From the NCBI RefSeq assembly GCF_006345805.1, contig NC_043000.1:24986001-25050000 (forward strand): a stretch of DNA of 64,000 bases, read 5' to 3'. The position numbers and the translations under genes were made by a program. Below the pieces are notes generated by a model that did no database searches, was not told the DNA's origin, and saw only the letters and a list, made by a program, of their open reading frames with translations. Shown piece after piece: positions 48,585-60,961 of the stretch; position 1 is the stretch's first letter, and every line of letters starts with the position of its first letter. This stretch comes from Octopus sinensis (taxonomy: Eukaryota).

Positions 48585-48977
48585 ACAAAAAAGAACTGGT
48601 GCTGGTTACACAGAAAATACACTGAAGCTGGTGCCACATGAAAAGCATCCAGTACACTCTGTAAAATGATTGTTGGTGGTGGTGGTGCCGCTGGCGGCGG
48701 CGGCAGCAGCGATGATAAGGATGAGGATTCATTGGTGTTATGTGAAACATTTTATTCTGTCTGATATTTAACTTTTTCAATACCAACTCACCTGAGCCCA
48801 ACCTCTGGTTCTTATTATGGAAAAACTCTCTAATTTTAAAATGTTCATCATATTTTATGGAAGAAAATCTTAGTTTAGTTACATTCTAAATACAAGTTTG
48901 TATATATAACAAAAAAAAAGATGAGCCATTGCTTGTAATGATAAAACCTCCAATTTCAAAATGTTAGAGTTCAAATT

Positions 48978-49286
48978 GTGGAGGCACATGGCCTAGTGGT
49001 TAGAGCAGCAGACTCACAGTTGAGGGATCGCAGGTTCAAATCTCAGACCGGGTGATGTGTATGTTTATGAGTGAAACTCCTAAGCTCCACGTGGCTCCAG
49101 CAGAAGGTAATTGCAATCTTCTGCTGACTCTTTCACCACAACTTTCTCTCACTCTTTCCTTCTGCATCTTGCAGCTCACCTGTGACGGACTGGCATCCCG
49201 TCCAGGTGGGGAACCTATACGCCAAGGAAACCGGGAAACCAGCCCTATGAGCCAGGTGTGGCTCAAGAAGGAACAACAACAACAAC
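48978..49286 (+). mobile_element. Family C SINE with (AAC)n tail
   Basis: TSD agagttcaaatt at 48966-48977 / 49287-49298. Confidence 0.92.
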
Positions 49287-50411
49287 AGAGTTCAAATTAA
49301 AATCTTGTGTCATGTCTTGTATAAGAACAGTTTTGTTTAGAAAAAAATCCCTACTTGCATCGAGTATAGTGAAATCTGAAATAATAATTTGCATAATTAT
49401 TCTTAACACTTTCCAGCTGATTCAAGTGCAAATATGCTTATTGTTGTTGTGTATGTCACAAGCAAACAACTTCTTCCCTTTATGATGACAGTGCATGTAT
49501 AACACACTCAGTTCATGCTGCAAGGGATTCTGGGACACTGATGGTTTGACATGTTGTGTCTCAATAGTCAGAAGTACCTGAACTTTTGAGCCTGAACAAG
49601 CCACCGGCTTTGTTTATTATTTCAGTGAATAAATGATTTTCTGATCAGTGCTGAGATTTGCCAACCAATGAAAAAAAAATCATTGTGTTCTATTTAGTTA
49701 TGTTCCAAACACAAGTGTATAAAAAACAAATAAATCACTGATCTGTATGATAGAAAAAAATCTTTAACTTTAAAATGTTCAAGAATAAATAAAAATCTTC
49801 CAACATATTTTATGCATGAACACTTTTGTTTAGAAATAGTCCAAACGCAAGTTTTCAAAAAAAATCCTCTTCAAAAGTCTGTTCAATTCTAATTTTTCAG
49901 ACTATTAACTTCATTGTCTGAGACTGAACTATTTTTTCAATATTTATATCTAGGAACTTGTGGTGTGAGTGGAAGAAGTTTGCTTCCGAACCACATGGTT
50001 CCAGGTTCAGTCCCACTGTCTGGCACCTTGAGCAAGTGTTTTTTACAGTAGCCTTGGGCTGACTAAAGCCTTGTGGGTGCATTTGGTAGGCAGGAACTGA
50101 AAGAAGCCCATCGTATATATATATATATAAACAAGAAGAAAATGAAGAAATAATGGATGTATGAATAATTTATTTGCATGTTATAAAATGATGAAAATTT
50201 GTTTTAAAAGACATAACAGTATAAGTAAATTGATTACAAGTTGTAAAACTCAAACAATAAAATAAAGGAACCTACATATATGTTTCGGTCCTATCACCTA
50301 GTTGATCAGAATTTCCAAGCATTTGGTTAAATGCTAAGAAAGGTATCATGTTCTGACTGTATGGTGGTAGGACTTCTTCAGGGTCTATTCAGAGCTCATG
50401 GAACTTAGATA

Positions 50412-50612
50412 CTCTTTTACTTGTTTCAGTCATTTGACTGCGGCCATGCTGGAGCACCGCCTTTAGTCGAGCAAATCGACCCCGGGACTTATTCTTTGTA
50501 AGCCCAGTACTTATTCTATCCGTCTCTTTTGCCGAACCGCTAAGTAACGGGGATGTAAACACACCAGCATCGGTTGTCAAGCAATGCTAGGGGGGCAAAC
50601 ACAGACACACAA

Positions 50613-50643
<31 letters not shown>

Positions 50644-50808
50644 CATATATACGACAGGCTTCTTTCAGTTTCCGTCTACCAAATCCACTCACAAGGCATT
50701 GGTCGGCCCGGGGCTATAGCAGAAGACACTTGCCCAAGATGCCACGCAGTGGGACTGAACCCGGAACCATGTGGTTGGTTAGCATGCTACTTACCACACA
50801 GCCACTCC
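50412..50808 (-). mobile_element. Family A SINE, full length, low divergence
   Basis: Complete reverse-complement copy. Confidence 0.9.
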
Positions 50809-51114
50809 AATCATTTTTCTTTTTATTTTATTTTATTTTTTGAGCTTTTCAACCTGTGATCAATTTATTTGTACTGTTATATTTTTTAAAAGAAACTTTC
50901 ACTTTTTTGGTAACATACAAATAAATTCTTCATACATTCATTTCTTCTTCTTCTTCTTGTTTTTCCTCCAATATTGATAATTTCAATAATCCCTAACATA
51001 CACCAATGACTTTCACATTATATGGTAGGGATTAAACCTTGGATTATATAATCGCTAATGAGGATATAACTTCCTCAAATTAACTGTATATATATATATA
51101 TATATATATATGCT

Positions 51115-51660
51115 TCTTATCTTTTATTTATTTCAGTCATTTGACTGCAGTCATACTGGAGCACCACCTATAGCCGAACAAATCAGCCCCAGGACTTATT
51201 CTTTGTAAGCCTAGTACTTATCTATAAGCCTCTTTTGCTGAACTGCTAAGTTACAAAGATGTAAATACACCATCATCGGTTGTCAAGCAATGGTGAGGGA
51301 CAAACACAGACACAACATACACACACACACACGGCTTCTTGGGACTGAACCCGGAGCCATGTGGTTGGTAAGCATGCTATTACCACACAGCCATGCCTGT
51401 GCCAATATAAATATATATATTTTTTCACATATGTATGTATGTGTGTGTGTGTGTGTGTGTCTTTGTGTCTGTGTTTGTCCCTCTCCACCACTTGCCAATT
51501 GGTGCTGGTGTGTTTACAATCCTGTAACTTAGCAGTTTGGCAAAAGGAGGCCGATACAAAAAATAAGTACTGGGGTCAATTTGTTCAACTAAAATTTTTC
51601 AACATGGTGCCCCAGCATGGCCACAGTCTAATGACTAAAACAAGTAAAAGATAAAAGATT
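51115..51660. mobile_element. Family A (-, core deleted) followed by a family A 3' half (+)
   Basis: ggcttctt joins directly to gggactgaaccc at ~51340; the + strand tail ends aaacaagtaaaagataaaaga. Confidence 0.7.
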
Positions 51661-51774
51661 AAAGATAAAAGACTGATGGATATATTGAATACTTGATAAT
51701 GTTCTTCTCCAAAGATGAAGGTAATGGTCCAAAAAATCATAATTATGTGATTATATTAACAAACGCTCATTTTA

Positions 51775-51990
51775 GATATCATCATCATCATCATCATCAT
51801 CACCATCATCATCCTTGTTTAACATCTGCTTTCCATGCTGGCATGAGTTGGATGGTTTGACTGAAAACTGGAAGGCTGGTGGGGCTGCATGCACCAGGTT
51901 CCAAGCTGATTTAGCAAGGTTTCTATGACTGGATGCCCTTCCTAATACCAACCACTCTGAGACTGTAGTGGGTGTTTTATACATGCCATG
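51775..51990 (-). mobile_element. Family F 3' end with (CAT)n tail
   Basis: (cat)n-ccttgtttaacatctgctttccatgctggcatgag...gtagtgggtg. Confidence 0.75.
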
Positions 51991-52849
51991 ACTATGGTCT
52001 CACTTGGCTTCACAGGTCAACACCAGGACAGTATATCACAGGTCAACACAAGTACAGTATATGAAAAGCAAAGTCGACCTAGGCGGAATTTGAACTCAGA
52101 ATGTAGCAGCAGACAAAATACCGCTAACCATTTCGCCTGGCATGCTAACGTTTCTGCCAGCTTGCCACCTAGATTTTCTATGGGGAGCATGCCCTTGCTT
52201 ACTCCTAACCTCAGTTTCTAGGCATAAATGGTCCCAAGAACAAGGCCTCTACCACGATTTTTAAGAAATGTGGTGGAAATTCATGCATCATAGAAAAATG
52301 ATATGGAGAGAGGGGAAGAGAGTAGAGGAGGAAAGAAAATGGAAGTGAGAAAGAAAAAGGAGAGAGATGGGGAGAGAGGGAGAGAGAGAGAATGAAAGTG
52401 AGAGGGTGGTGGTGGGAAAGAAAGGAGAGATAAAAAGAGTCAAACTGAAGTTCGAAACAGAATATGCATGAGGGAATGTAAAACTGAGTTTGTCAGCATT
52501 TATAAGTGAAAAAAAGAAAAAAAGATACAAATAAAACAAAATTGCAAATGTTACAAACTATGATCTGCAAAGATTAAACTATCATTAGTCTCAAATCTCA
52601 ACTTTGTCGATTGCCTAACGACTGTATGTAATGGTTGTTGATGCCCCAAGAATGTGCAGTTCTGTCTGAAGTATCAAAACTGTAATAATCCTAAGTGATA
52701 TAGCTGATGAGGGCTTGATTTTATTTATTTTCTTCATTTGTAGCATTTATCATGTATTTTTAACATTTGTGCCCATCCCTTACATTTATAATTACTGACA
52801 AAGATAGCCATACATTCTCCACATTTGTTTTGTGTGTGTGTGTGTGAGT

Positions 52850-52883
<34 letters not shown>

Positions 52884-53922
52884 GAGTGTGTGTTTGTGTG
52901 TTAGTATTTGTTTCACTTAAATCAAATTTAAAGAAAATTAGTTTACCTTGTAACCATGTACAAAATATATGTAAAAATATTTCCTCTCACCCACACTCTT
53001 TCTCATACTTTCTCTTTATCTTTCACACCCTCCTACTCTCTCACTTTTACTTTCTCTCTCTTTACTTCACACTCTCTCTACTTCACTCCCTTTTACTCTT
53101 TCACACTGTCTCCTCTCCCCCTCTCTCTTGTTCTCTTTTTCTATTGCTTTCACATATGCACACACCCTTACACGTATTCTCTCTCTCACAAGCATTCTCT
53201 TTCTCTCTCTAACACACACACACACTCACACACACACACATTTTCCCTGCCATTCTCTCAGAGTCTCTCAGCCACATGAAATATCTCTAGAGTCGCAGAG
53301 CTTTCATATATAAATTAAGCTGAATCAAACCAATTAATAGAGAAAAATGGAGAAAATCTAAAAAATCCTTCCCCATCATAACTGAGTGGCTAAATAAGAT
53401 CTTATAAAACTGAATTAAATAATTGAGTTTAAGCTGTCATCTCTAATAATGTGGAAAATCTTTAATTGAATCCTTCAGTACTAAGATTGTGACAAATTAT
53501 AGTAGCTTTATATTGATTTCTTCCATAGGTAGGTACAAGGCTATAAAATTTGGGGATGAAAGAACAGCATTTTAGATTGACCTAGCATAAAGCTATCATG
53601 GTTATTTTGGTCTTGCAGGCTGCATGGTGACCTCACTGGTGCTGGTGTCATGAAAGGGGTTGATATTAGAAAGAACATCAGGACACAGAACCCATAGCAA
53701 AGTAAACAGTGGAGTAGTATGCAGTCCTTAGACCCATTAGATCCTGTTAAACCATCCAGGATGGAAGATAGATGTTAAATGATGATGATGATGTACAAGA
53801 CCACAACTTTTTTTATGGGTGGGGGGGTCTTATAAATAATAGTAAATGTGTAAGAACAACAAATTACCTTGAATGGCAGGAACTATGTGAGTGGTCCCGC
53901 ACTCCTACAAGAAGCTGCTTTG

Positions 53923-54499
53923 TATTGGGTTTTCCAGAAAGTTCGTGCCAATTTATAGTAGCTTACCTTTCGGCTTATTTTAGAACATGGTTGAGTCCAT
54001 AAAATAGGATTTGACTATGACTCCATTTAGAGCACATTTTAAACTATCTTTTCATGGAAGAAGGTTTATGTTCCTATAACCTGTGTTAATTCTGTAACCC
54101 TTTAAAATGGAAGATAAGAAAGTTTTTTTTCGGCACTTGATGCTTTGGAAACCAGACAAAAATTGCTGCAGCTCGGCTGGGATGTACTACCCCACCCTCC
54201 ATATTCACCAGATATTGCTCCTTCAGATTTCCACTTATTCAGATCTCTGCAGAATAGTCTTAATAGTAAAAATTTCAATTCCTTGGATGACATAAAAAGA
54301 TACCTTGATGAAACCACCTCACTTTGCCATGAAACCACCTCACTTCTGGGAAGAGGGTATTTTCAAATTAAAGGTAAGATGGAGACGCATTGTGCAACAA
54401 AATGGTTCATATTTGGTTGATTAAAAATGTAATGGTAAGTATTTATTGACCTTTTTCTTTCCTTTAAAAATCAGCACAAACTTTCCGGACAACCCAATA
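53923..54499 (+). mobile_element. Internally deleted mariner transposon
   Basis: TA TSDs; imperfect TIRs ttgggttttccagaaagttcgtgc / gcacaaactttccggacaacccaa; ORF 54145-54420 contains PHPPYSPDIAPSDFHLFRSLQ (mariner YSPDLAP motif). Confidence 0.92.
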
Positions 54500-54501
54500 C
54501 A

Positions 54502-54800
54502 ATGTCCATGCTGGCATGAGTAACAGTTTGACAGAGTCCAACGGGTGTCAAGGACTGCATTGTTCACTACTGTCTATTTTGGCATGGTTTCTATGTATAG
54601 ATGCCTTTCTTAATGCCAAACTTTTTACAGTGTGTGCTGGGCACCTTTTAGTGGCACCAGCACTAGTGACGTTACCTAGCCCCTTGCATGCAAGTATACA
54701 AACCTCAAGAGAGACAGCTTTGTGCTAAGAGACAAGAGGTGAAAATATGACAGCAAGGGCCAGAACAGAGCAAGCTGCTTGCTGTATAAGAGCTCCATGA
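54502..54800 (-). mobile_element. Family F-like retroposon, diverged
   Basis: tccatgctggcatgag...gatgcctttcttaatgcca; similar in reverse complement to ~580-720. Confidence 0.5.
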
Positions 54801-55304
54801 CTGGTCACATTTTAATTAAGGGTGGGCTTGTAAATTAAAATGGTAACTCATAAAATCTTCTACACATATTGAATTTTCCTATATATTTTCAGTATATATA
54901 AATATAATTTATATATTTTTAATGTGCGTGTTTGTGTTAATATATTGATATATATATATTAATTGCACTACTTTATCTTGTCTTTTCATCTCTTCTTTTC
55001 CTCCCTTGAGTATCCAACGGTAAAATGTGTGCTAATATAATTAATGTGATGAGCCAAGAAGTTTTTAAATTAAAAAGATTTACACTTTTAGGGAGGACGA
55101 AACACCATTAGTTTGAAAATTAATTCTAGTAATAAAAAAGAAAAAAAAGAAAAATGCAGTGGAGACAACCCAAAAATTTTAATTGGTATTAATTAAAGAC
55201 AAGGTTTGGTTACACAACGGGGAAAGAGTACTCAAAACCTGAGTATATAAGTATTTACATAATTAAAACAGGCAAATAGGTTATCTGGTATTAGTTACAA
55301 TTGT

Positions 55305-56378
55305 TTCAGTCATTTGACTGTGGCCATACTGGAGCACTGCCCTTAGTCGAGCAAATCGATCCCAGGACTCATTCTTTGTAAGTCTAGTACTTATTCTATC
55401 ATTCTCTTTTGCCAAACTGCTAAGTTACAGGGACTTAAACACACCAGCATTGGTTGTCAAGTGATGTTGGGAGGGACAAACAGACACACAAACATATACA
55501 CACACATACATACATCCCCTCCATCCCCCTCCCCCTCTCCCTCTCTCCCTCTCATCTCCTCTCTCCCCCTCCCCTCCCCTCTTTTCTCTCCCCCTCTCCC
55601 TCTCCCCATAACCCCCACTCTAACCCAACCCCCTGCCCAACCCGCACCCCACCTGGGCTTTCCCCACTCTCGCCCCCACCTCCCCACAACATCACACCAC
55701 ACTACACTACACCATACAACATTACACATCACATCACAACACACCACCCACAGCACACCGCCCACACACCCATCTGCACATCTTTACACCTACACATACA
55801 TACACATATCGCATCACAACACACCACCCACACACCCATCCCCACATCTCCACACCCACACATACATACATACACACGTCCAGACCACTAGCCCTCTTTC
55901 ACATGCACATACATACTCTCTTATACACACACGCACCTTTGTGTTGGGGTTACCTTTGTTTTGGAAGTCACTTGACCCTGTTATCTCCCCTACTGTCCCT
56001 CTATCGTCTGACCTCTGACCGAAGTCAGAACGCCATGATAGATCGTTAGCTCCTACACACATTTTTTTCTCTCCTTGTTTTTTTTCTGTGTATCTTTCTG
56101 TCGACGAGCGTAGGCTCAAAACGTAAAAGACTTGTTCTATTTCTATTCCTGAGCGCCATACTAATACATTTGTTTGTTTGTATTCCACCAGCCTTCGTCT
56201 TTTGTCTATTTTCGTAAACCTTCTCGTTATATATATATATATATACATATATACGACAGGCTTCTTTCAGTTTCCGTCAACCAAATCCACTCACAAGGCT
56301 TTGGTCAGCCCGAGGCTATAGTAGAAGACACTTGCCCAAGGTGCCATGCAGTGGAACTGAACCCAGAACTATATGGTT
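55305..56378 (-). mobile_element. Family A SINE split by a Penelope-like insertion
   Basis: 3' half at 55305-55510; 5' half resumes at ~56228 after (TA)n. Confidence 0.75.
55515..56227 (+). mobile_element. Penelope-like element 3' fragment (C/CA-rich segment plus terminal repeat with degenerate hammerhead)
   Basis: cgccatgatagatcgttagc...tctttctgtcgacgagcgtaggctcaaaacgtaaaagac, matching 11937-12120. Assigning the C-rich part to the element is an inference. Confidence 0.65.
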
Positions 56379-56761
56379 AATAAGTTAAATCATATATTGA
56401 TAATTTCTGTATAAGTTTCCATGCCTATACAAATTTACATAAGTAAATTCAAAAGTAAAATATGAATAAACAATGTTAGAAATCTTTGGAAATTACTCCA
56501 ATTAAAGGACGCCCCCCCCACTCGCCCCGCACTTGCCCTGTCTTCGTCTCTGGATAATTCAAGCTCCTGCAGCAAATGACTTTTATACATAATTCTGTTG
56601 AGACTGATTTGGTATGTGTCATTTCTGTAGCACCTGAAGAATCAATAGTTGCATATATATTATTGTATAATATGGCAAGATTGATGAGTTCAAATTCAGA
56701 TGAAACAATTATAAACTGATGTTTAAAAAGACTTGCTCATTCCATTCTTCTTCCTTGTAAT

Positions 56762-56762
<1 letters not shown>

Positions 56763-56813
<51 letters not shown>

Positions 56814-56830
56814 CACATGTGTGTGTGTAT
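56763..56830. repeat. (GT)n microsatellite
   Basis: Directly visible. Confidence 0.95.
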
Positions 56831-57507
56831 TATATTAATCAGCCACTGAGTCATTCTGTCACTTCTAGGTATTAAGTCTTTCTACTATAAGTACAAAGCC
56901 TACATTTTTGTCAGAGGGAGTAAGTCTAGTTGACTATATTGACCCCCAGTACTTAACTGGTACTTATTTTACCAATCCCTAAAGAATGTTTCATTCTTTA
57001 AAGGTTGACAGTATTTGCACTCAGAACATGAAATGCCAAAAGAAAAGCTGCGTAAACTTCCATCCAATACACTGACAATTCCACCTGCTTGCCATCTTTT
57101 GGTTGATTAATAATAATAACAACAACAACAACAACAACAACAGCAACATCAACAATAACGATAATAATAACAAATAAATATTAATTAAAAACAAGAGTTC
57201 TAATCGTCTCAAATTTTTCATGTGACCAATGGTTTACCGTATTCTTACTTGTTTCACTCATTAGGATGCAGCCATGCTGGAGCACTGCCTTAAAAATTTA
57301 AGTTGAATGAATCAACCCCAGTACTTTTTTTCTATATTAAAGTTTGGTACTTATTCTGTCAGTCTCTTTTGCCAAACTACTAAGTTACAAGGACATAAAC
57401 ATTCCAACACTGGTTGTCAGGTGGTGGTGGGTGATAAACACACACAACACACACACACACACACACATACACATACATGCATACATGATGTGCTTCTTGC
57501 AGTTTCT

Positions 57508-57925
57508 TATTTCTTTATTGCCCACAAGGGGCTTCAAACAGAGGGGACAAACTAGGACAGACAAACGGATTAAGTCAATTACATCGACCCCAGTGCGTAA
57601 CTGGTACTTAATTTATCGACCCCGAAAGGATGAAGGGCAAAGTCAACCTCAGCAGAATTTGAACTCAGAATGTAATGGCAGACGAAATACCTATTTCTTT
57701 ACTACCCACAAGAGGCTATACACAGAGGGGACAAACAAGGACAGACAAATGGATTAAGTCGATTATATTGACCACAGTGCATAACTGGTACTTAATTTAT
57801 CGACCCCGAAAGGATGAAAGGCAAAGTCGACCTCGGCGGAATTTGAACTCAGAATGTAATGGCAGACGAAATACCGCTAAGCATTTCACCTGGCGTGCTA
57901 ACGTTTCTGCCAGCTCGCCGCCTTA
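57508..57925 (-). mobile_element. Family D dimer nested in a family A copy (57243-58072)
   Basis: gaactcagaatgtaatggcagacgaaatac at 57661 and 57845 (period 184); single TSD ttcttgcagtttct at 57494-57507 / 57932-57945. Confidence 0.9.
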
Positions 57926-58509
57926 ATATGTTTCTTGCAGTTTCTATTAACCAAACCCATCCACAAGGCTTTGGTTGGCCTTAGGCTATTGTAGAAGACA
58001 AGGTGTCGCACAATGGGACTGAACCCAGAACCATGTGGTTGGGAAGCAAACTTCTTACCACACAGCCACAGCAATGCTTTGTAGGTCACCTAGAAAACTA
58101 AAATCAATGACCACATGACAATGTTTCATTGGATTCAAGGTGGACTGATAGAGAAACCTTCAAATTTATTTGTGTCACAACTGCAGAGTGAGAGAGAGTG
58201 AGAGAGAGAGAGAGAGAAAGAAAAAGAGTAAAGCGAAATAAAGGCGGGTGTGAGTCACTGTTTCCCTTCTTTCACATAAACACAAGGCAACACTACTAAT
58301 GGTTGACAGTTCACTAATTGTTACACTATAAGCAAGTGCAACCAGCTGTAAACCAGCTGTTTCAAATATTCAGAAAAATCAACATAATTAAAAAAATGAG
58401 CAAATATAAACAGAAATGTTAAGATTGATCAGATTTTTAAACTCAGTTTATGATTTTTATTTATATAAACTGAGCCGTTAGAATTGATCAGACAACTAAA
58501 TTCGGTTTA

Positions 58510-58990
58510 CTCTTTTACTTGTTTCAGTCATTTGACTGTCACCATGCTGGAGCGCCACCTTTAGTTGAGCAAATTGACCCCAGGACTTATTCTTTGTAAG
58601 CCTAGTACTTATTCTATTGGTATCTTTTACTGAACCGCTAAGTTACGAGCACGTAAACACACCAGCATCGGTTCTCAAGCGATGTTGGGGGGACAAACAC
58701 AGACACACAAACACACACACACACACACACGCACACACACACACACCACACACATATATATATACCAAGTAAATTAGGGGTTATGGATCCAACCCACGGT
58801 GAAAGCTGATGAACAAACTAAATTGTTTCTCCATTCAGTTTCCATCTACCAAAAAATCCACTCATAAGGCTTTAGTCGGCCAGAGGCTATAGTAGAAGAC
58901 ACTTTCCCAAGGTACCACACAGTGGGACTGAACCCGGAACCATGTGGTTGGTAACCAAGCTACTTACTACACAGCCACACCTACACCTAT
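58510..58990 (-). mobile_element. Family A SINE inside the satellite
   Basis: Reverse-complement copy with a short extra internal segment at ~58770-58835. Confidence 0.8.
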
Positions 58991-59115
58991 AAGTTTATGT
59001 CTTTTTTTATAAACTGCGTTGTTATGATTGATTTAAAATTTAAATGCAGTGTTTGGGATTTTATATAAACTGAGCTGATGGGAGTGGTTTGAATTTTAAA
59101 GTTCAGTTGATGGCT

Positions 59116-59344
59116 TTAACCCTTTAGTGTTCAGATTACTCTGTTAAATGTAATACTTTTTCACTCAAATTGTTTTGAATTAATCCTGGATCATCTTACA
59201 GCTTTGAGGTTTCAATGATATGATTACTTATTTTTAGAATGGCATTGTAGGTTTGGTGTGAGAGGCTAGACATCGCCAGTTTGAATATAAAACAGGTAGA
59301 ATATATTGGGCCGGATTTGGCCAGTTTAAACACTAAAGGGTTAA
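59116..59344. mobile_element. piggyBac-type MITE
   Basis: TTAA TSDs; perfect 12-bp TIR ccctttagtgtt / aacactaaaggg. Confidence 0.85.
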
Positions 59345-59722
59345 GCATCATTCAAGCGTGATCTTTACTAGTGACGCCTTACTGGCACTTGTGCCGATGG
59401 CATGTGATAAACAACATTCGAGTGAGGTCATTGCCAGTGCCACTGGACTGGCTCCTGTGCGGGTGGCACATAAAAAACACCATTCGAGAGTGGCCGTCGC
59501 CAGTACCAACCGACTGGTCTTTGTGCCGGTGGCATGTAAAAGCACCCACTACACTCTCGGAATGGTTGGCGTTAGGAAGGGCATCCAGCTGTAGAAACTC
59601 TGCCAGATCAAGATTGGAGCCTGGTGCAGCCATCTGGCTCACCAGTCCTCAGTCAAACTGTCCAACCCATGCCAGCATGGAAAGCAGACATTAAACGATG
59701 ATGATGATGATGATGATGATGA
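59345..59722 (+). mobile_element. Family F retroposon, 5'-truncated, (GAT)n tail
   Basis: Three stem-loop units, then ccaacccatgccagcatggaaagcagacattaaac(gat)n. Confidence 0.85.
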
Positions 59723-60438
59723 TGGCTGAGCCATTATGATCAATAACTCACTTTATGGCTCCTAATATAAATTGAGCCATTATGCTTGGTCAGGCTATTA
59801 AACTCGGTTTATGGCTTTTTATATCAACTGAGCCATTATACTTCACCAGACATTTAAACTGAGATTATAGCTTTATTAGATAAATCAGTTTTTGGTTTTT
59901 ATATGTATTGAGCTGTTATGATTAATTACTCAGTTTATAGGCTTTTTTATATGGACTGAGTCACTTGTAATTGTCATTAATTTTAAACTTGATTTTAAAC
60001 TCAGTATATAGCTTTTTTAAGTAAACTAATCTATCATGATTGCTCTTTATAAAACTATATTAGCTGAAAAGAATAAAAAGTTTTGAATGGTACAACAATG
60101 CACTATAATACAAACTCAGCCTGACCCAGTTGTAGAGATAGGAGAGTATTGTAGTTCGTTTGAAGCATTGTGCATTGTTTGTAAAGAATAAAAAGTTTTG
60201 AATGGTACAACAATGCACTATAATACAAACAGTCTGGGCTATTACTCTCACTACTTCTCCTTCACTGAATTTCTATTTTCTCTCATCCTTTTACACATAT
60301 GTAAAAATACAACACTCATTATTATATTAGGAGATAACTCAGTTTCTTTTATTGTTTTATTCACTGAGCTCTAATGATTGATCAGACAACTAAAACCCAG
60401 TTGAAGGCTTTTATAATTCAGCTGATAGTATTATTATA

Positions 60439-60667
60439 TTAACCCTTTTGTTACTGTACATATTTTGTGATGCTCTGTGTTTCTTCCAATTATTTTAAAT
60501 ATAACAAAGAATTTAGTAAAATAATATTGTTATCATTGAGCTAGTGTTAAGAACATAAATTGTGACTAAGATTTGGAGGAAGATTTGAATTCAAATCTTA
60601 TGAAAACAAGACATTTGTACTAAAGAGCCAGAGCCAGTTTCAGCCGGGTTGGTAATGAAAAGGTTAA
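60439..60667. mobile_element. piggyBac-type MITE
   Basis: TTAA ends; reverse complement of 13161-13397. Confidence 0.8.
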
Positions 60668-60961
60668 CTGAGTTACTGTGACTAATAATTCAGTTTATGA
60701 TTTTTTAATAAACTGAGCCATTATACTTGGTCACACAATCAAACTCATCTTATGGCTTTTTATATAAACTGAGCCATAATGATCCATCAGTCTATTTAAC
60801 TGAGTTTATGTTTTTTAATATAACTGAGCTATTATGATTAACTAGCTGACCATGTGTCATCAATAATGACGGCTAATTGTAGTATTTTATATATAAATAA
60901 GGTATAAAATAAGGTGCATAATAATCACACATACAAACATTCACATACTTCCCTTGATTAT

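Larger units (their letters stand above)
58400..60850. repeat. Degenerate 55-56 bp AT-rich satellite with internal palindrome, interrupted by four TE insertions
   Basis: Unit approximately aaactcagtttatggctttttatataaactgagccattatgattgatcagacaact; gagcY anchors at 59774/59830 and 60715/60771/60826. Confidence 0.8.

Noticed and set aside
54145-54420. Functional or domesticated transposase
   Set aside because: Most of the ORF is deleted and the C-terminus is disrupted by a short duplication (gaaaccacctc twice) and a frameshift.
55454-56018. Long Pro/His/Thr-rich ORFs
   Set aside because: Products of C/CA-rich low-complexity sequence that lacks stop codons by composition.
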